A stretch of DNA of 63,035 nucleotides, filler included, from Methanobacteriota archaeon (GTDB lineage: Archaea; JACRDV01), in NCBI GenBank assembly GCA_024860865.1. It is 4 parts of 4 records of this genome, joined end to end, with 100 filler letters (N's around TTAATTAATTAA, not from the genome) between each part and the next. Parts side by side here need not be neighbours in the genome. Positions count along the whole stretch, not along the records: positions 31,583 to 60,173 come from JACRDV010000067.1; positions 60,274 to 63,035 come from JACRDV010000073.1; 2 more parts are not named here. One strand, written 5' to 3'. Positions 58,056 to 63,035 of this stretch are shown one piece after another. The notes beneath the pieces were generated by a model that saw only the letters and a program-made list of their open reading frames with translations, ran no database searches and was not told where the DNA came from. Position 1 is the first letter of the stretch. The number at the start of each line of letters is the position of its first letter. The position numbers were made by a program, and so were the translations under genes.

Positions 58056-58343
58056 GTGAGCATTGTAGATTATTTTTTTATAATAACATCGATTAACGTT
58101 GTTCTGATATTAACCTTGCTCTATGTATTCCTCCAAACTTATCGCAAAGTACGCTCTGAATTTACTTTAGGTCTGATAGTATTTGCTCTTGTACTTTTAG
58201 TGCAAACAACCTTTTCTTGCCCTCCATTAACAAATTTATTTTTTGGAGGTTCACTTGTATGCGAGAATATTTTTTATCACTCAATTGCAGCGACATTTGA
58301 ATTTTTTGCACTTGTAATTCTGCTTTATCTCATGACTCGATAG
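58056..58343 (+). CDS. 3-TM membrane protein
   Basis: YRKVRSEFTLGL..F, FEFFAL; GAGGTG RBS. Confidence 0.75.
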   Translation: MSIVDYFFIITSINVVLILTLLYVFLQTYRKVRSEFTLGLIVFALVLLVQTTFSCPPLTNLFFGGSLVCENIFYHSIAATFEFFALVILLYLMTR

Positions 58344-58432
58344 CATTATAGTTTGTTCAGAGTGCACAAAAAAATAAATACTATAGAAAATAAGTTAAAA
58401 ATCATCCTTCAAAATGATAAAGCGGTGATTTA

Positions 58433-58528
58433 ATGGCAAGACCCAAGGTAAGTAAAAAAACTATTAAGAGTTGGAATGAGCGCTTAAAACAAGCGCAAGA
58501 AAAGAAAAAGAAAATTCAATTTGTTTAA
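58433..58528 (+). CDS. 31-aa basic peptide, absent from ORF track
   Basis: GGTGA RBS; MARPKVSKKTIKSWNERLKQAQEKKKKIQFV. Confidence 0.55.
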   Translation: MARPKVSKKTIKSWNERLKQAQEKKKKIQFV

Positions 58529-58677
58529 TAAGTTTAATTTTAATCGGTTTTCGCAATTAATTTTTAATTTTAACTTTCGACGGTTAGAGTCTATTTTTTC
58601 CAAAGCAAGCAACAGCTCATTTACATTAACAGTTATATACTATTTAATTAGAATAGTGAACTTGTTTTGGTGAGAGT

Positions 58678-59184
58678 GTGCTCATTAGTTTAGATTTAGA
58701 ACTTAAGGATATTCCGGGTCAGTTAGTGAGTGCTCTTAAGCCTATAGCGAAATTTGGAGGTAATATAGTTAGTATTGTCCATTTACGCGAGAAAAAAACA
58801 TTGCGGGGCTATATTCCTGTCCATTTTGTTTTTGAAATTGAAGACGGGGAAAAATTAAAAAAATTGCTTAAAACTTATCAAGAAAGCGATATTAGAGTTT
58901 TAGCTGTTAATGAAGCTGCTAGAAGAGAAAAAACTACAGTGATTTTAATTGGGCATGTTGTTGACACCGATGCTCGGGATACAATTGATAGATTGAATGA
59001 AATCCAAGGAGTAATGGTTGCTGACTTAGATTTAGAAATGCCTCATCCTGAAAAGGAATCTTCTGCTAGAATGACCATCGAAGCCACGAGCAAGAAGGAG
59101 ATCGATTTAGCATTAAAGAAGTTAGATGAAGTTGCTCAAAAAAAGAATTTGCTAGTAATAAAATCACTCGAGGTTAGCTTTTGA
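58678..59184 (+). CDS. Double-ACT allosteric subunit of homoserine dehydrogenase
   Basis: LKDIPGQL...GGNIVSIVH; overlaps hom. Confidence 0.88.
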   Translation: MLISLDLELKDIPGQLVSALKPIAKFGGNIVSIVHLREKKTLRGYIPVHFVFEIEDGEKLKKLLKTYQESDIRVLAVNEAARREKTTVILIGHVVDTDARDTIDRLNEIQGVMVADLDLEMPHPEKESSARMTIEATSKKEIDLALKKLDEVAQKKNLLVIKSLEVSF

Positions 59185-60173
59185 AAATTTCTTTAGTAGG
59201 CTTCGGGACAGTTGGTCAAGGATTAACTTCAGTTCTTATTAAAAAGCGAGATTTTCTAAAAGAAAAATATGGGTTGGAGCCCAAAGTAGTTGCGATATCT
59301 GATAGCTCAGGAGCTGCGACTTCTGAAAAAGGATTAGATTTAGAGAGAGCTCTTGAGATTAAGCAAAAGTCCGGAGCTATTGCTCTTTATCCTGATTTTG
59401 GCAAGAAAGGCGTGAATGGTGTTCAAGTTATTGAGAAAATTCCAAGTGATGTAGTTATCGAAGTGACTCCAACTAATATTGAAACCGGAGAGCCAGGGAT
59501 GAGTCACTTAATCGCTGCAATGAAAAACAAGCGCCATGTAATTACTTCAAATAAAGGACCACTTGCACTTGCTTATGGAAAACTTAAGAGATTAGCAAAT
59601 GAGAACAAAGTTTTCTTCAGATATGAAGCGGCTGTTGGTGGGGCTATGCCAATAATTAATCTTGCAAGAGAAACTTTGGCAGGGAATCAGATTTATTCTT
59701 TTAAAGGAATTTTAAACGGCACGACTAACTATATTCTTTCTCGAATGGCAAAGGAAGGAACTCCATTTGATTTGGTGTTAAGGGAAGCTCAAGAGATGGG
59801 TATAGCTGAGAGCGACCCTAGTTTAGATATAAAAGGAATTGATACGGCATGCAAGCTAATAATAATTGCAAATGCAATACTTGGTTTAGAAGCTACTTAT
59901 AGAGATGTTAAACCTTTGGAGGGCATAAGAAGAGTTACACTTGATGCAATTAATCTTGCTAGAGAGAGCGGATATATCATAAAATTAATTGGAGAAGTTA
60001 GCAACTCAAAAATTGAAGTGACTCCAAGGTTAGTTCCTGTTGGACATCCTTTATCTGTTGGTGGCACTCTTAATGTTGCAACCTTTGAGACGGATTTAGC
60101 TGGTGAGATTACAATAGTTGGCTCTGGAGCTGGAGCAAAAGAGGCTGCAAGTGCAATACTGGGCGATTTAATC
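59181..60173 (+). CDS. hom: Homoserine dehydrogenase, 3' end cut by the contig edge
   Basis: GFGTVG, SNKGP, EAAVGGAMP, GILNGTTN, GAG. Confidence 0.96.
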
Positions 60174-60273
60174 NNNNNNNNNNNNNNNNNNNNNNNNNNN
60201 NNNNNNNNNNNNNNNNNTTAATTAATTAANNNNNNNNNNNNNNNNNNNNNNNNNNNNNNNNNNNNNNNNNNNN
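60174..60273. other. Artificial contig linker
   Basis: N44-TTAATTAATTAA-N44. Confidence 0.99.
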
Positions 60274-60821
60274 ACTCTTTCTAATATAAGTTGTTTGAAA
60301 GTATCAAAAGCAGTTGGCCATTCTGCTGCTTTTATTGCTTCAAGTTCAATCTGTGTGATTTTGAATAACTTTTTAAGCCGTTCAAACTTCTCTTTTGAAA
60401 TACTGTTAATTATCCCATCATCAATGGATGCATTTGTTAGTTTTAGAAGTTCTGCAACTGAATTCTCAATTTTTTTCTGTGAGTCTGAAATCATAACAAC
60501 TACTATTTGTAAAGAATTTTGTTTTACTCCAAAGAGTTTAATCGCCTCCTGAATTTGCTTTCTTCCTGAGACATAAATAAGAAGTTCCACAGCTAAATCA
60601 GTTGAAATGTTTGTTTTTTGTTTGAAAGATTTTAATGCAAGATAAGCTGCGCGAAAAACATGGTCAAAGCCAGCTATCACAGCTGGGTCAAAAACTTGAA
60701 TTGCTGTTTGAGTTTTTTTTGCCAGCTCTTTTACTTTTTTTGTCAGCTCTTCAACATCAATTGGAGCTAGATTAACCAACCCAAAGATACCAACATAATC
60801 TTCTAGGATTTTTTTAATCAA
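60274..60821 (-). CDS. cgi121: KEOPS subunit Cgi121, 3' truncated
   Basis: QVFD..IAG..H, ELLIYVSGRKQIQEAIKLFG, LILER. Confidence 0.9.
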
Positions 60822-60858
60822 AAAAATTCCATCAAAATAATCATTTGAAAAAATATGG

Positions 60859-63035
60859 TTAAACTATACGAATTGCAATAATCCTTGCATTTTTTATGAA
60901 TGCCTCTGCAGAGGTGGATGCATAGTTTGTTCTGTATTGGATCCCAATTGAATGTGATCCAGGGCTTAAACTGATCTTTTTAACAGCAAAGAATGGGGCA
61001 TAATCTGTTCCATCTGTAGGCCTGTATATCATTTCTCCATAAGAAGTTCCATCCACATTTAAGTTAGCATAAACAGCATAAGCGATAGATTCTTGTTTTA
61101 CCAGAGCAGTGGCTATAATTAAATAATCTCCACCAACTGTTAATGTTAAAGTTGTTTTATTTTTATATGTTGCTGAAGATGAGAAGCTTTCTACTTCGCT
61201 CTCAGCATACTTAAAACTTCCTAAGTCGCTAAGCTTTATTGCAGAAATCCTTGCATTTTTAATATATGCATCAGAAGACCGTTTTTCAGTTTTATATTGA
61301 ATTGTAAATGTATGTGGAGCAGAAGTAAGGTTTAATTTTTTCATAGTTTCATAGGTATAGAATTGTGATCCAACTGTTGGTTCTCTAAGCATTTCTCCTT
61401 GAGAAATTCCGTTATAGATTAATTGAGCGTAGGCAGAATTTGAAGTGCTTTCTCCTGATAAATCAGCTGTTCCAAGAATTAAATAATCTCCTGCAACTGG
61501 AGTAAATGCTAAAGCCGTTTTCTTTATCCATGTTGTTGAGAGAGTTGAGCTCTGAGGCTCAGAGATAGAAGTTTGGTAATCAGTGACTTTTATAACTGCT
61601 ATTCTTGCATTTTTTATTTTCGCTGCATAACCATTTATTGAGCTTCTATACTGGATTTTAATGGTATGTTGAGATTTATTTAAATAAATTATTTTATGGG
61701 CTCCAAATGGGTAGTAGTTTGTATCAGCCGAGCCCGAGGGCATAAATTCGTTTATTCCATAAACAGCCCCATCTATGACTAATTGAGCTTCCGTATAATA
61801 AGAAGTGGAAGCATGAGCTAAAAGACTGCTGGCTAAAACTAAATAATCTCCATTTGTTTTATTAAGAACCAGACCAACTTTATCTTGGAAAGAAGTGCTA
61901 GTAGTTGTTGATTCTATCTCGCTTTCCACATAATAAAATTCCTTTATGATATTGATAGTAGATTTATTCCCTGTTACATTTATTGCACTGGGAGCTTTAG
62001 CAGTCCACTTTATTTCATAAGTTCCAACTACACTTGGAGCTGTAATTGTTATATTATGCCATCTAGTTGTGATAGTGTTTAAATTAGAAAGGGATTGGTT
62101 CCATTTCTTTTTAGCTATTGTAAATCTTGTGACTCCATTATTGTAATTAGATTGAATTTCGCTCGCATTCAAGGCTTTGTTATAAATTCTCATCTCATCT
62201 ATAACTCCTTTAAATGCACGAGCGCCAACAGGATAACTATTGCCGATAGTTATGTTTCCAGAATTTTCTCCATTGCCAACAGAATTATCAATTGCACTGC
62301 TGTTTAGATCCCCATCAATGTACAAAAATCCCTTATCCTTAGGAACATCTCTAACTGCTGCAATGAAGTGCCAATTTCCATCGTTTATTGGAGCTGTGCT
62401 CGCGCAGTCAGTCGTTGCAGATGAATTCGTATGATACATAAATCTTATTTTATTATTTGAAGAATTTGCTGTTTGGAATATATGGTATGCTTTATAAGTA
62501 GAGCCTGATCCACTTGCTTTGTTAATGATAAACTGCATTTTTTGTGCACTAGTTTTTATCCATGCAGTTATTGTAAAGCTTTCAGTTCCATTGAAATCTA
62601 AGCTGTCTGAGTCTAAAATTTTTACATAATCATCGACCCCATCAAAGCTTAGAGCAGAGCCATATTTGCCAGCAGTCCAATTTGGTCCATATTTAGTACC
62701 GTTGTTATCATTTCCGCTGAAGTCTTTTAGAAAATCTCCATAACCTTCCTCGAATCGCATTCCTAGAGCTAAATTTTCCCAAATAATATTAGTGGTGTTA
62801 AGCCAAGTAATGCCTGTTATGTTTTTATTAAAAACTTTTATGCTCCTATTCAGCCAAATTGTTTGACATGATTTAGCCGTAGAAGGCGCATAACTAGAAG
62901 TTGAAAGGACAGCCGGAGGAGGTTCATACAAAACTCTAACTTCATCAAAATAAGTAAACCTCCCTGTACATTCACTGTAGGCCTCTGTAAATAATTGTGC
63001 ACTACTGAATTTATAATTCTTTAGTGCAAGTTTAC
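60859..63035 (-). CDS. C-terminal part of a large surface protein: LamG-like domain plus three beta-rich repeats
   Basis: GSALSFDGVDDYV, DGNWHFIA, FKGVIDEMRIYNKAL; three repeats ending IKNARI; frame is open to the window end. Confidence 0.85.
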   Translation of the reverse strand, partial: KLALKNYKFSSAQLFTEAYSECTGRFTYFDEVRVLYEPPPAVLSTSSYAPSTAKSCQTIWLNRSIKVFNKNITGITWLNTTNIIWENLALGMRFEEGYGDFLKDFSGNDNNGTKYGPNWTAGKYGSALSFDGVDDYVKILDSDSLDFNGTESFTITAWIKTSAQKMQFIINKASGSGSTYKAYHIFQTANSSNNKIRFMYHTNSSATTDCASTAPINDGNWHFIAAVRDVPKDKGFLYIDGDLNSSAIDNSVGNGENSGNITIGNSYPVGARAFKGVIDEMRIYNKALNASEIQSNYNNGVTRFTIAKKKWNQSLSNLNTITTRWHNITITAPSVVGTYEIKWTAKAPSAINVTGNKSTINIIKEFYYVESEIESTTTSTSFQDKVGLVLNKTNGDYLVLASSLLAHASTSYYTEAQLVIDGAVYGINEFMPSGSADTNYYPFGAHKIIYLNKSQHTIKIQYRSSINGYAAKIKNARIAVIKVTDYQTSISEPQSSTLSTTWIKKTALAFTPVAGDYLILGTADLSGESTSNSAYAQLIYNGISQGEMLREPTVGSQFYTYETMKKLNLTSAPHTFTIQYKTEKRSSDAYIKNARISAIKLSDLGSFKYAESEVESFSSSATYKNKTTLTLTVGGDYLIIATALVKQESIAYAVYANLNVDGTSYGEMIYRPTDGTDYAPFFAVKKISLSPGSHSIGIQYRTNYASTSAEAFIKNARIIAIRIV

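Noticed and set aside
26394..60273. TTAATTAATTAA repeats, and gene adjacency across them
   Set aside because: Artificial contig spacers.
982..62434. Numerous short antisense ORFs in the track (for example 17566-18060, 38261-38806, 42537-42968)
   Set aside because: They lie opposite well-supported genes and show no motifs.

Overview
AT-rich archaeal DNA, judged from BHB-type tRNA introns, a C/D box sRNA, a class III signal pilin, Cgi121 and GGTGA/GGAGG ribosome-binding sites. It is four contigs joined by artificial N44-TTAATTAATTAA-N44 linkers (26394-26493, 31483-31582, 60174-60273), so gene order across the linkers is not meaningful. Two loci stand out. (1) 30181-30819 holds three tRNA genes with eight bulge-helix-bulge (BHB) introns, none at the canonical 37/38 site: tRNA-Ile2(CAT) with three (9/10, 30/31, 48/49), tRNA-Glu(TTC) with four (5/6, 20b/21, 34/35, 59/60) and tRNA-Leu(TAG) with one (30/31). 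The two tRNAs with introns in or next to the acceptor stem each carry an upstream copy of their own 5' acceptor strand. (2) 7107-17083 is a polymorphic-toxin-like array: a 1423-aa secreted protein ends in a hydrophobic-hairpin tip, followed by a membrane protein and then orphan alternative tips that share a DNA repeat (HGNEALPKQE), each with its own membrane protein. An IS66 element with an ISL3 element nested inside it interrupts the array. Also present: a free-standing NUMOD3 endonuclease next to a displaced gene 3' end, a probable structured leader before an SSB gene, a disrupted Tat-type six-Cys peptide gene beside a Yip1 gene, a toxin-antitoxin/AbiE cluster, topA, and a copper/iron homeostasis region (copA, split feoB, DtxR regulators and boxes). 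All calls come from manual reading; no database searches were run.
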